The translations under genes and the position numbers were made by a program. Shown here piece by piece: positions 1-11,700 of a stretch of 64,000 bases of DNA. Each line of letters opens with the position of its first letter. Position 1 is the first letter of the stretch. This DNA is from Vicugna vicugna (taxonomy: Eukaryota), in the NCBI GenBank assembly GCA_013265495.1, contig MU058423.1, positions 8,355,627-8,419,626 on the forward strand. Direction: 5' to 3'. A model generated the notes under the pieces. It was not told the origin of the DNA and ran no database searches. It saw nothing but the letters and a program-made list of their open reading frames with translations.

Positions 1-122
1 GGCTCACACTTGAATTCTTTCCTGCCTGAAGCCGAAGATCCTCACTTGAAGGGGCACATCCTAGGGACTCATCCGAGACCTGGGACATGGCCATACACAT
101 GCCCTCCATTTTTCCTGTATCA
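1..122 (+). mobile_element. 3' end (U5) of an ERV1-class LTR, cut by the window edge
   Basis: TTGAATTCTTTCCTGCCTGAAGCCGAAGATCCTC resembles the R/U5 end of MER4/MER41-group LTRs; ends in ...TGTATCA. Confidence 0.5.
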
Positions 123-542
123 ATTCCACCATAGAACCAGCACCTGGGGCTTGGCCACCACTCATGGAGTCACCTAGAAGCAAGGGTGCTTCTCCAGTTG
201 GAGGAGCCACTCTATGGGTATACTGCCTGCTGACCACCTACCGACCAGCTAGTCAGAGAAGCAGCAGTAATAGGAGCTGCACTCAGTTCTGAGAAGACAG
301 TGAGGTCTGGGAGGTCTTGGTGATGCTTTAGAGATCTCAGTTTCTCACTTAGAAGAAAAGCAGTGGGAAGTGGTGATCAAGGAGGAAACATCATTAAGTT
401 ATTCTCTGATAAATATCCAAATTATTTTTTAATGAAAGATTACAGAGCGATTGGGGTGTATGACTCAGAAGCAATGCAAAGAATATAGGTAAATTTCCAT
501 TTAAAAAAGCAAAAAGCCCTCCTTCCAGAGCTATCTACTTAC

Positions 543-573
543 GTGTATGCCTAAGGCTTCTTATGACATGCAT
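543..573 (-). other. Candidate 31-nt micro-exon
   Basis: Minus strand reads tctctagtttctatttttatag|ATGCATGTCATAAGAAGCCTTAGGCATACAC|gtaagt; splice signals only, no transcript evidence. Confidence 0.2.
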
Positions 574-1667
574 CTATAAAAATAGAAACTAGAGATTTTA
601 TTGATATTGAACCTGTTTTATTCCAGCAAAAAACAATAATTATTCATCAGTAGGCACACAAACTCATTGTAAAACAAAACAAAAGCCCCCAAAACAAAAA
701 AAAAGTAGAATTTAAAAAAATATTTTAAAGCCTAATTCAGCCCTCATTTCTCTCATTGAGATGTATTTCTAATAAAATTATATTTACTGTTAAGTCAAAC
801 ACTGTAATCTTTTTTGGGTCAACTTTATATTAACAGTAACTGTAATAGTAACTTATTCCAGAAGAAGTTTGGATATCATGTTTACAGAAATTTTTTTTTA
901 ATTTTAAAGTTCAATCTATATAAATATTTTTGTTGAAGTAAAACATGATAGAATCATTAATAAAAGATGTTCAAGCATAAACATATGTTATGTTAGAATA
1001 AAATCCCATGGATGAAGTGGAATGAAAACATAAGTTTATGGGGGAAAATGATGTAAATATTTGTAAAGAAAGCTTAATGATTTACTTTTTAAATGGATGG
1101 TAGGGGTATTAAATTGCCATGGTATTTAGATCATGTTAGTTACCATTAAAAAAGTAATACAGCATTTTAATTTTAAGTGGAATATTTAAAGATGAAAGAA
1201 ATTATATCTTCTGCAACTATTTGCGCTTACAATGAAAATTTTCAGCTGTAACAATGTGCAAGAGGGACATACGTTTTCAAAATTCTATTTGGCTGTATGT
1301 GAACAGGAAGTTTAAAGATCACTATGCTACAGGAACATATCGTTTGTCTAATATTTGTATAGGAAATGCAGACATTTCTAAAATTTACTGTACAAGGCAG
1401 AAGATAATATTGTGAGAGTACAAATTTATAGCAATTTATTACTAAAGCGAAGATCACATTCTGAAATATTTATTTCAAGCCAACAGCTCCTATAGTTGTT
1501 GGCCTGATTCTTTTATAACTACATCCTAAAACCTACTCACCAGTTCATCATGTATATTAGGGAATAAATAAGAATGTGGGAAACAGATATAAAATAATTA
1601 CACAGTTTTGTGTGATTTATAGTGATAAGCTACACTATGATAAATGATGATTCTCTTTATAACAAAG

Positions 1668-1668
1668 G

Positions 1669-1703
<35 letters not shown>
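1668..1703. repeat. (GC)n(CA)n compound microsatellite
   Basis: gcgcgcgcacacaca... seen directly. Confidence 0.95.
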
Positions 1704-1705
<2 letters not shown>

Positions 1706-2734
1706 TCACATAATCCTTGACCACCCGCAAAACTCACGTGACTGACGTGTAGGATTACATTAGTTTTCCAGGAGTTGTTCCTAATGACTAATCAGGAAGT
1801 TTCCTACCCTCATGGAACAGCATATACCTAAGTAAAATAAGCTAACATTGTACACAGGAACAACAACACATAAAACAGGAAATGACAATCTCTTTGCATG
1901 TTTTAATTTATCTTTGGGGCAACGTGATAATAAACTATCAAAGTGAAAATGGAATCAAGTTTTAATGAAAATTCAGGGGAAAAAGTATTTAAAACTACTT
2001 TGCTGGGCCTGTTAGAACACAGAGTTCTGCTACAAAAGCGTCTGGAAAAAGCTTTTCAATCTAAACGCATTGAAACTCCCCAGTGTAAAACACTCTAAGC
2101 TAAATTATGGGAAAAGCCAATGTCGTATCAGCAACCAAACAATCGCCCAGCATCAGAATGAAAAGAAGGAAATGTTGTTCTGAATAGCTTGCCAAGGCTA
2201 AAGAAAAGTGGAACAGTTGCCGAAGACGGATTGGTTGTGAGTAACAGACCAAAAGGATGCATTCTAATTTGTGTTGCCACTTAAATTTTGAAATAGGTCA
2301 TTATCTTCAAACTTCGGGTAAACATAGCTGCATTAGAGAAAAACAGAGAGAAAGAGAAAGAGGGAGGGAGGAAGAAAAAAAAGCTTAGGAAGTAACAGTG
2401 AGAAATGCATTTTAATTTTTAGATTTCTCTCAATCAAAACATCCTATAACCCATTACAGGTGTATGAATGCTACGTTTTCCCTGTTCAATTCTTGCTGTG
2501 ACATAAAGATTAGGTTAAGTGTGAAAACAGTAAATCTGGGCACCCCCATTGTAAATAAGTGATTGACAGTGTATCTCTTAGATAGTCTTTAGAAATCCAT
2601 TTTAATCTTTGCTTTTAACAACTTGACTGTTTGAGCATCCACCCAATGGAAGAAGTTTTAAGCAAAATTACTTGACAATTTAATATAAAGCACTGACTCC
2701 CAACCTTTTTGAGTTTAACCACTTTTAAGCTTGT

Positions 2735-2930
2735 AAGAGAAAATTCAAAAAAACCACAAAGTTAAAAAGAAAGCCATACCAAATCTCCATGTATGCATCA
2801 TGTAACTTTAACAATTATCAATTTCATGACCAGTCTTATTTCATCTATCACCTACCTATTCATTCCACCTTATATTATTTTGAAACAGATCCAAGATATG
2901 AGATGACTTATGTTTGTCTTTAGTATAAAA
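2735..2930 (-). mobile_element. Old L1 (L1MC-like) 3' end fragment
   Basis: aacaattatcaatttcatgaccagtcttatttcatctat...ttattttgaaacagatccaagat resembles the antisense L1MC4/5 3' UTR. Confidence 0.55.
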
Positions 2931-5015
2931 TGTTAGAGGGCCCTCCCTGTCTCATTTCAGTGGTTGCAGTTTTTATAACACTGGATTAAGAGAATCTACG
3001 TGTACATATGGATCATTGCCCACTCCAGTCCTGTTTCTTTGCTATGAATCTGTGCCAAGGTTCTGCAGTGCATGCCGGGGAAACTCCTGGCATAATGAAA
3101 ATAGCTGGTAACATCACTAAGAAATGTGCTTACTCATCAGCGCCTTTGCTTGCACTCACACCACAGACACTGCTCATACAGCTTTATTTCTCAGGAATCT
3201 GCTTCTCTCTGTGGGTTTACAAGCAGATCGGGAAAGATAATGTCAGAATTCTTAACAGAAGATTTTTTCCTCTTTATCCACCAAACTGAGCATTTCTCTG
3301 CTAAAACAGAAACAAAGAGCTTTCTAAAAGTTGTTCCTCCCTAACAGCTGTTTAGGGGCTTTTATGACATTGACATTACCTATGGAAAAAAAAAGTCCAG
3401 ATCCTTGTGGGCTGCAAATCTTTGCACAATAGAGCTTGAGAGCTGCTGTGCTTGTTCACAGTCTCCCAGAGAAGCTAAAGAACAAATGAGCAGAGACGGG
3501 GTTCACACACTTGGAAATGACAACTCCATGTCAGAGGCCTTGGTATACCCCGTACATTTCCTTTATATAAAAGACTAGTATCCCATGTGCTAGCCAGAAT
3601 TTCTCTTACGTGTGAAATTCACTTTTGTAGGAAGAAAGAAAAAGAAAAAAGAAAAGCTGCTTTCTTTTCTCTGTATAAGAGGGATAATTTCTTTAGTTTC
3701 CTTGGTAAGGGGAATTTAAAAAGCTTTCCTGATTTCTTCTCAGTGCATACATGTAGTACTGATCAGTGCTAACGGAGTTCACATATTCAACAGAGACTGC
3801 ACTCAACCTCACGATTATAAATATCATTCAGGATGTGTGTGATTGGAATTTGTGGGTATGAATTTAATCCAGGTCAATTTTAAACTCTTAAACTTCTAAT
3901 GTTTAAACGAACAGAATTATCTCTGTTAAATCATACTTAATGCTGGTGGTAGCTATATAAAGAGGAAAGTTATAGCAGTGTTACATTTACACTTTATTAG
4001 AGAAAAGCAATCATTCCACTTGAATTCCTTTCCTAGTTTTCTCGAACATCCTGCTCTGTAATTACAAATTTCTGAAAAAATATGTCATCATTTGAAGATT
4101 CCAATTTTGGCTTCATTTTTCTAAACATGTCCATTATGGAGCTAAGCAAATAGAATACATATGATAACGAAATCTTGCTTACATAGGACAATGTTTTTCT
4201 AAAACATAGTTCAAACATAAAATAAGACAATCTAGTTTTCAGCCAGGGAAATTATTATCTGCTACATATGTACTATGCTAATTAGATTACATCCAAATCC
4301 TGGTAGCTTGCATAATTGTATTTAATTTGCCAGAGGGGTCAAATTATAGCATTGGACCTTTACTAAGAGATAATACTGCTTAGTCAGCAAAGCAGATCAC
4401 ATTCTAAAGAAACTGAAATGCATTTTAACTTTAGCATAATAAAATGTAGTCTTCTTTTCAGAGGCCCAATTTGTACAGAAATCACCCCCCAGAAATGCAC
4501 CTGACTAAATACATATAACCATGAAATATGGTTAAACGTAAGTTAGAATCTCCTTTATTTCATCCTCTTCCAGGTTAGTGTAAATTCCTTAAATGTATTT
4601 TTGGTTATTTAACCAACCTATCATTAAAATGTAAAATTTCAGACACTGAACTTTTGCCTATTACGTCTTTCTTATTATATTTCCCTCTTCTGGGATTAAT
4701 ATGTTTTCTCTACACTAAATAAATCTTTTCACTCCTCATCTCCACCCCTCAGAAACCAGATACTCTATTAACAAACTTGCTGTGTTAAAAAAAAAAGAAC
4801 AAGAAAAAAACAACATCAAAAAAAAAAAAACGAGGAAGAACTTTTGGAACTTATTTGTAATGGAGAAAAGGGGAAGACCAAAATTGTGTAAGAAGTAAAA
4901 AACTTGCTGTATGAGAATCTCAAGATGTTTTGATAAAAGAATATTCTTTCAGATTTCATTAGAAGTTACTTTACACTTGGACAAAAAGTACCCAAGCAAA
5001 TTTTGTGGTATTTGG

Positions 5016-5053
5016 TATTCAGTGACTTTGGCCTTATTCAGTGACTTTGGCCT
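5016..5053. repeat. Perfect 19-bp tandem duplication (TATTCAGTGACTTTGGCCT x2)
   Basis: Copies at 5016-5034 and 5035-5053. Confidence 0.95.
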
Positions 5054-5183
5054 CACTGGTATTCGACCAACCACCCTGAAAATCATGTCAATTATAAAAA
5101 GCCAGGTTCACTCTGGAATTCTGGATTATAACAAGTTTGGCCCAGTTCTAGGCTAGTTTTTGGCTGGTGTAGCCCTTATCTAA

Positions 5184-5364
5184 AGCAGTGATATACTCAA
5201 ACATAGATTATCACCAGAATCACTCAAGACACCTTTGACAAAATACAGGTTTCTAGGGAACCAACCAGATTTATTGAATTACAATCTTAAAAGTGGGGGT
5301 TGAGATGGAGGCAGGGTGAGATAGAAAGTGAGAATCAGAATTTTTTAAAAGTTCTCCAGAGGAT
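5184..5364. mobile_element. MER5-like hAT-Charlie MITE, interrupted by an L1
   Basis: cagtgatatactcaaac...cagaatcac...aaaatacaggtttctaggg...ttttaaaagttctccagaggat; a possible remainder lies at about 5765-5805. Confidence 0.6.
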
Positions 5365-5765
5365 TTTTTTTAAGAAACAGCTTTATTGAGATAGAACTTA
5401 CCTACCATACAATTTACCTACTTAAAGAATACAATTCAATAGTTCTTAGTATATTCCCAGATGTGTGCAATCACTATCACTGTAAATCTTAGACCACTTG
5501 TCATCTCTAAGAAAGCTCTTTAGCTGTTATCTTCCCATGCTCGTCTTCATCTCTAAGAAACCATTTCTGACTCTATAGATTTCCCTATTCTGGGCTTTCA
5601 TACAAATGGGCATGTGATCTTGTATGACTGGCTTCTTTCCCTTAGCACAGGGTTTTCAAGGTCCATCCAAATTATAGCCATGTACTAGTACTTCATTTCT
5701 CTTTATGGCCAAATAATAGTCCGTTGTATGGTTATATCACATTCTGTTTATGGATATTTGGGTCC
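5365..5765 (-). mobile_element. L1MB-type 3' UTR fragment
   Basis: Poly-T followed by cagctttattgagatagaacttacctaccatacaatttacc...tacaattcaatagt, the antisense L1MB 3' end. Confidence 0.8.
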
Positions 5766-5889
5766 TTGGAAGATTTAATCATTGGCTATATTTGGCAACT
5801 GATGATAAAAGAGGCCCAAGTGTGGATCGCAGGGCAATTCCAAGCTCTCCTCACAAAGCAGCACTGGGTCCCATGCTGCAAGGTGGAAA

Positions 5890-6122
5890 GGGAAGCATAG
5901 CTGGAAAGGCAAGCCTTTGGATGAAATTCTGTCTCTGTGCCTCTTAGTCACATGACCTGGGGAGTGTCTTTAATAATCTCCACTTCCTTTTCCTCATTTG
6001 TAAAATAGGAATAGTGATTTCTGCTTCATAGAATTCTTATGAGGATACATCAGACAATCTGAGTGACATGTTTAAAATTGTCTGGAACACAGGTATTTTG
6101 TACGTGACAGCTATTATTCTAT
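5890..6122 (+). mobile_element. MIR SINE
   Basis: Core tgacctgggga...ttttcctcatttgtaaaataggaatagtg and tail agctattatt. Confidence 0.75.
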
Positions 6123-6530
6123 TACTCTTATTTTCCTTGTTGGATTAATACAAAACAGCCATTTATACACAGTTATAGAAGTCAGATTATTTCCGTCTAG
6201 AAAATAACTTATAAATAGATTAAGCTTCTCCAAGTTATAAGAGAGTAAAAGGACAGATTGGATGATGCAATTTCTTCACTTTTCTGAACTAAAGTCAAAC
6301 TAATAAATAAACGTCCACGTTTTCATTTGAGGGAAAAATAGCTGCTTCTATTTAAGAGTACAAATCAGATTTTCATTGTTTCATTGCATTTTAAAAGTCC
6401 ACATATTTTGTATACTTTGTGAATCTTCTTAAAGTTCTACCCATATATAGATACATGCATGTATATGTCTATACATACACACACACACACACACACACTA
6501 CACACAAGAACACACATATAATTAAAGTTA

Positions 6531-6925
6531 ACACTTACTGAACCCTTGATATATGCCAAGCAATGTAATTCATGTGCATTAATATACTTAATCCTTCCAA
6601 CAACCTTACATGATCAGCTAAGGGCATTGAATCATAGTGTAGCCAAGAACCTTGCTCCGGATCATAAAGCAAGTGAGTAGCAGAGCCCACATCCTCAACC
6701 ATGACACTTGCAATAGTTTTTCCTCCGTGTGTTTGTATATAAGATAATGGAATAGACATTGTTCATGCCCTATACAATGATGTTTACTACAGTCTGAAAC
6801 AATCTTTAGCCACTACATCTGTAGATGAAAGGACAGAGAACAAGGCACTGAAGTGGCTAGCTTCAGTTTGGTTAGTTCCAGTCTCCTGCACTCCAGTCTA
6901 GTTCCTGTCCACCACGTCATACTGT
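6531..6925 (-). mobile_element. Two MIR-family fragments
   Basis: acttactgaaccc...atgccaagca...taatccttccaacaacc; gtagatgaaaggacagag...aagtggctagc. Confidence 0.55.
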
Positions 6926-7399
6926 CCAGGTGCCAAGGTTCCATTTCTGTGTTTTCAAGGCAATGCAGTATGAGAACGCCAAGCAGGTTTAGGGTAGCTG
7001 TGCTGCTGTGTCTGCCTTAAAAGCCCTTTCTTCATTCTCCTGCTGGAAACCCATTCTTAAGGTTCAGCTCAAATGTAACCTCTTCGGTGGCAATTTCTTT
7101 CCTTTTATAAAGCTCAGTCCTGGCTCCTTTCTTTTTTGCTCTCAGAGTGTGTTGCATACCCTACACTGTTGTACTTTGAACACTGTTTAAAGATCAAACC
7201 AAAGAAAAGCAGCATTGTGAAGTTTACTGGTTTTCAAATTGAGTTCAGTGGTGCCCCTTCACCAGACCCAGGGATTCACACTCTGATTAATCAGAGCAGT
7301 TCTGCGTTTATCTATTTGGTTTATTTTCATCTCAACTTTGATACATTGGGCTTATTTTCATTTCAACAGTGTTACTTGATAGGAAAAAAAAGATTGTGG

Positions 7400-7640
7400 A
7401 AACTTCTGGTATGGCTGAAAAACCCTCAACTTTGGAGACAGACAGGCCTCATTCTGAATCTCAATTATATTACTTCCATCCCAGCAGTATAATCTTGGTT
7501 TACATACTTCACCATTCTGGACTCAGTTTCTACATCTGTCTTACAAGAAGGGGGTCATCTCTTTCACAGTGCTAAGTTAAGGGTAAATAAAATATGTATA
7601 ATAGAATAGTGCCAGATACATAAAGATTCCATAAATTAAT
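7400..7640 (+). mobile_element. MIR SINE
   Basis: ctttggagacagacaggcc...ctcagtttctacatctgt...agaatagtgccagatacata. Confidence 0.7.
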
Positions 7641-10034
7641 TCCCTCCCGCATTTATTACAATTGTCCCTTGATTCCCCTGCTACTCTGTAGGGTCTTTAC
7701 ACTCTTCTGACCTAATACAGGGTCTAACTCAAAATAGGCACTCAATGCATGTTTACTGAAGGGAAGCAAACATGATGGGATAGTAGAATGAAATAGTTAG
7801 GGTCAATACCGAGGTTAGAAGGGAATTATAGAGAGCTTTGAATGCTATGATAAAATTTCAAACTGGAAGTGTTGAAAGGTAGAGGTGTGATCATATTTAT
7901 TTTTTTAGCAAAAACATAATTGTAGTGCAGTGATTCTTAACAGAAGGGGCTGGGGTATAGTTCAGCTTAGTAGTTTGAAGTTTGGAATCCGACTTCAAAT
8001 CACAGCTCTACCACTATCCATGTTTGGCTGATTAAAGGGTAATAAATATGACTTTAATTAAATGGTCTATCATTGCAAGAGTGGGTTTAGATTTTCTTCT
8101 ATAAAGGATTTGCTTGAAATAACATTTGTTCCAACAAAATTTGAACTATAATATTCACTCAGTTCCCTAATACCCAGCATCTGATTATAATCGCCTTGTT
8201 TGATACAGTTGACATTCCATATGGAGTTCTGTCCACTTTTTATAAATATTCTAGCATGGATTAATCTCTGCTTACGCTTATTATCTGATTATAGTTTCCA
8301 TTGTGATTTGTCTGTGTGCGGCCCCACGGGACTGCTATGCCCAGCTTTTCCTTGCTCGTTATCAGATGAGATGAACAGTGCACACTCTGAATAAACTGTA
8401 TAATTGGATAAGGTCCTCTTCCCTGCCTCCAGGCTTCCGAGGACCCGCTGCCTTTTTGCCCCCTAACTCTCCTTCTCCATCAAAACAGGAAAGAGTGTGG
8501 TATCTTCATTTATAGCTAAAACTGATTCAGATATTTGTATTTTCAAGCTCCTTATCTCTAATTGTGAAATGAAAGGATTTATCAACAGTTTTAAGTGATT
8601 TCTTTTTTCTTTTAAGCGAAGAAAACACTGCATTAAATGCAAACCCTGAAGGTAAAACAATTTTCATTATATTAGGGTGCTGTGTGTGTTAGGGGAAGGG
8701 GAAGTTGTGCAGAGAGAGGTTTGTGTGGAGAAAAATGATCAGAAAGAACACCAGGCTGTATAAGAACCTCTCCTTTTCTGTGTTTTCTCTTCTTTTAAGT
8801 CTAATGTTTCTCCTTTCTTTCTTTGGCTAAAGAGTCTCAAATTTTGGAGCTCTGAAGTCTATCCATCCCTAAAAAGTAAAACCTGAGACATGAATTAAGT
8901 GATTCAGCTTTGCGTGGGAGGTGCGATCCCAGGGCAGTGAGAGTGAGGGCAGGACGGATGAGAAGTAACAAGGTCACCACGATGGCCACTGCTTCATAGC
9001 CAGCCATGGGGAGACTGAGGCCGTCGCTCATAAGGTCCACCTGCCCGGCCACACTGGGAAGCTCTGCCTGAGAGTGAATGGGAGGGAGAGAAGAGGGAGG
9101 ACCGATCCATCTGGCTCCATCGGCTCTCCTGGTTTCCATTAGCTCAGGCTGACTCAGTAGGGAGTTCATGCTCCTGTACTTCGAGATGTAACATCTGGCT
9201 GATCAGGAAGCTGAGTCCCATGCTCTGTGGTGAGATGTTTCATCTGAGTCCATAAATGGCAGAAGCAGCCAGAGAGTCTGGGCATTACCTGGAGCTGGTT
9301 ACCTGGCTGCAGGTGATAACCAACGTGGAGGGTCAGTATTCTTAGTTTAGCAATAAGTTGGCTCCAGACAGCAGAACTATGCGACACATAGAGTAGGTGT
9401 ACCGCAGAAACTTTCGAGAAACAGCTGATGGCCCAGAATGCGGGTCAGGCAAGGCCAATGGAATCCAGGGGGATGTAGAGGCTGTGTCATGTTTTTTCTA
9501 TTTTATAAAAACTGGAAGTCCATTTAAGGCAGGGCTATGTATTTTCATTTTCGTGTCCTTCCTAACTGTAACACTACATGCCATATCTTAGGTGAGTTTG
9601 ACCTCAAGGTGTAGTATGATTTCAAAGACAGCTTGCAGAGAAGGGCAAGAAGCAGGATTAAGCAAGAGAAGGGAATGGTTCAAACTGGGGTTTATGAAGT
9701 AGCGTGTTGAACTGGAGCTTGGTCAAAGACAGAGCCAAGGAATTCTAACTTTCCCGGGATACGCAGCCATGGGGATATTGAAAATCAGGTGGCTCTGCTG
9801 AGTGATATGCAGCTTCCCAGCCAGAGGCTGATGATGTAGGAGACAAGATCCCAGGAACAGAGCACAGGGTCCCAAAGATCCAGCCAACTGGACTGGGGTT
9901 CAAAATAGGTTTCAGTTCCAGATAGGGAACTAAAATTAAAATATGGGACACCAAGGCAAAAGGACTCATAGTTGGGCTGTATGAACATGGCAGGAATTTT
10001 ACAGATGGATGAAATTATTCATAGTATTTATATT

Positions 10035-10425
10035 AATAATAATAACTTGTAGTCAATATTTATTAAGCACACTAGCTACTTCTCTATTTTGGGTGTGTAA
10101 TTAGATTAATTAATTGATTAATTAATTAATCAATTAATTAATTAATTTTAAGTGGAGGTACTGGGGATTGAACCCAGGACCCCCATGCATGCTGTGCATG
10201 CACTCTGCCACTGAGCTACACCCTCACCCTACTTCTCTATATTATATTTCTTACTTTTTTGAACATCTCTCTTTGATAGACACCCTTATTAGTTCTCTTC
10301 TACAGATAAGGAAATCAGGAGTCAGGGAAGTTAAGTAACTTGCCTGCGGTCACACAGGTAATGAACAGGGGACTAGGATCCAACTAAAGGAATTCATTCC
10401 AGAGCATATACATTCAACCACTGTT
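10035..10425 (-). mobile_element. MIR SINE, split by a Vic-1-type SINE
   Basis: atttattaagcac...ctacagataaggaaatcagg...gaagttaagtaacttgcctgcggtcacacag. Confidence 0.8.
10088..10229 (-). mobile_element. tRNA-derived SINE, camelid Vic-1 type
   Basis: Antisense A box (TAGCTCAGTGG) and B box (GGTTCAATCC); perfect TSD TACTTCTCTAT at 10077-10087 and 10230-10240. Confidence 0.9.
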
Positions 10426-10679
10426 GACAGTATTAAATGAAATAAGGCTTACAAAGCTCTTAGCAGAGTTCCAGTCACAGAGTAAGTGCTCAGTGAATAT
10501 TATCAATACACATACATGGAACATGGCTCATAAGACCTATTGAGTGTCTTGGTTCATGGGAAAGGACTGTTGAGATAAGAACTTTTCTAGGGCACAGGGG
10601 CTGAGAGGCGGGTGTGAGGGAGAAGATATGGGGACATATAATGCAGAACCTTGCCCTTTTCACAAATATAATTGAGAGG

Positions 10680-10860
10680 TAACATAGAATAAGAGTTAAA
10701 AAAGCATGGACTTCAGAATTACAAAGGCCTATGTTCCCTGTCATTTATTAGCAGGGAGAATTTAGGGAAGTTACTCAACAGATGTGCTTCAAACAACTTG
10801 CAAATACTCCCAGCAGAGAGCCCGGCATATAGTAATTATTCGATAAATGCTTGTAGAGTT
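10680..10860 (+). mobile_element. MIR SINE, internally deleted
   Basis: agttaaaaaagcatggacttcagaatta...gggaagttactcaac...cccggcatatagtaa. Confidence 0.65.
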
Positions 10861-11521
10861 AATTCACCGCTTCGTTTCCTTCCTTTCCACTCAAAAAAAT
10901 AAAACAAAACCAAACCAGAAACTACCCCAGCACACAGCTGCCGTTAAACTTCTGAAACACCAGGGTCGTCATCCCAATGAGTGCAGCTGCTTTTTTAACT
11001 GACCTGGGTTGTCACCGGCATCCACCTAACATTTCAAGAGCACCCTAATCTGTCCTCAAAAACGGCAGCACAACCAACAGAACATGTGTGACATGTCATT
11101 CCTGTCGTCTTGCCTCCATGTCGCTACAGCAGGTATTCCTGCGTGACTCGTTTATCTAAAGCTATTCTGATTCGACATGGAGGAGGAAAATTTGAAGAGA
11201 GGGCCTATTTTTACCCCCAAAGTAGGTCAGTTTTAAAGAAAACAGCTCTTATTTTAGTGATGGTGCAATTACACATGAAAATCAATATCTCTTAAAAGGA
11301 ACAGGTCATCTCTTTCACTGGTACCCTTTCACTGGACATTTGAATTTCATTTTCTGGGGCTCAAAAGAAAGTAATGCTGTAATTCATGAGGAGGGGAGGG
11401 AAGGAGGGACCGAGGTGGTAGGGGGTGGGAGAGGGGGGAGAGAGGAAAAGAACAGTACTGCCACCTCTCGCTCACTTCTTTAGGACACAGAAAGTGTGGA
11501 GGAAAGAAACCTAGCACTTAC

Positions 11522-11564
11522 TTGCTGAAGGTTCACACAGTCTGATTTTTGTTGTTACTTCCAT
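11522..11564 (-). CDS. Candidate coding part of an alternative first exon (MEVTTKIRLCEPSA plus 1 nt, phase-1 donor); host gene unidentified
   Basis: Minus strand AAAGGTC-ATG-G (G at -3 and +4), 14 open codons, then CAA|GTAAGT; TATA-like box about 45 nt upstream of the ATG. Confidence 0.4.
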
Positions 11565-11700
11565 GACCTTTAATGGCTCTCAGAGCAATCAGACCAACTT
11601 TGCATATATATTGACACTATGGAAACCACACAGATAAGCAGTTTGGGTTTGCATGCTGTGTTTACTTTGGCTCTGAACAAGGATGCACATATTTTCCTGT
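11565..11700 (-). promoter_or_regulatory. Candidate tissue-specific promoter or enhancer
   Basis: FOXA TGTTTACTT (11659-11667), GATA AGATAAG (11632-11638), RUNX AACCACA (11624-11630), TATATAT on minus (11610-11604), nuclear-receptor half-site AAAGGTCA on minus (11571-11564), all in non-repeat DNA. Confidence 0.45.

Noticed and set aside
4033..4230. Minus ORF with a protein-like tail (KPKLESSNDDIFFQKFVITEQDVREN)
   Set aside because: No recognisable homology and weak splice context; I cannot support it as an exon
4773..4910. 11-bp direct repeat AAACTTGCTGT flanking an A-rich stretch, as a TSD-flanked retro-insertion
   Set aside because: The A-run is at the wrong end for a sense insertion and there is no recognisable body; probably chance
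7945..8020. GGGGCTGGGGTATAGTTCAG as a fifth Vic-1 SINE head
   Set aside because: No Vic-1 body, tail or TSD follows; it continues as degenerate MIR-like sequence
8837..9387. 110-aa and 73-aa minus ORFs in a GC-richer patch
   Set aside because: No recognisable domain or convincing exon boundaries; the middle (ggggagactgaggc...tgcccggccacac) resembles a MIR core
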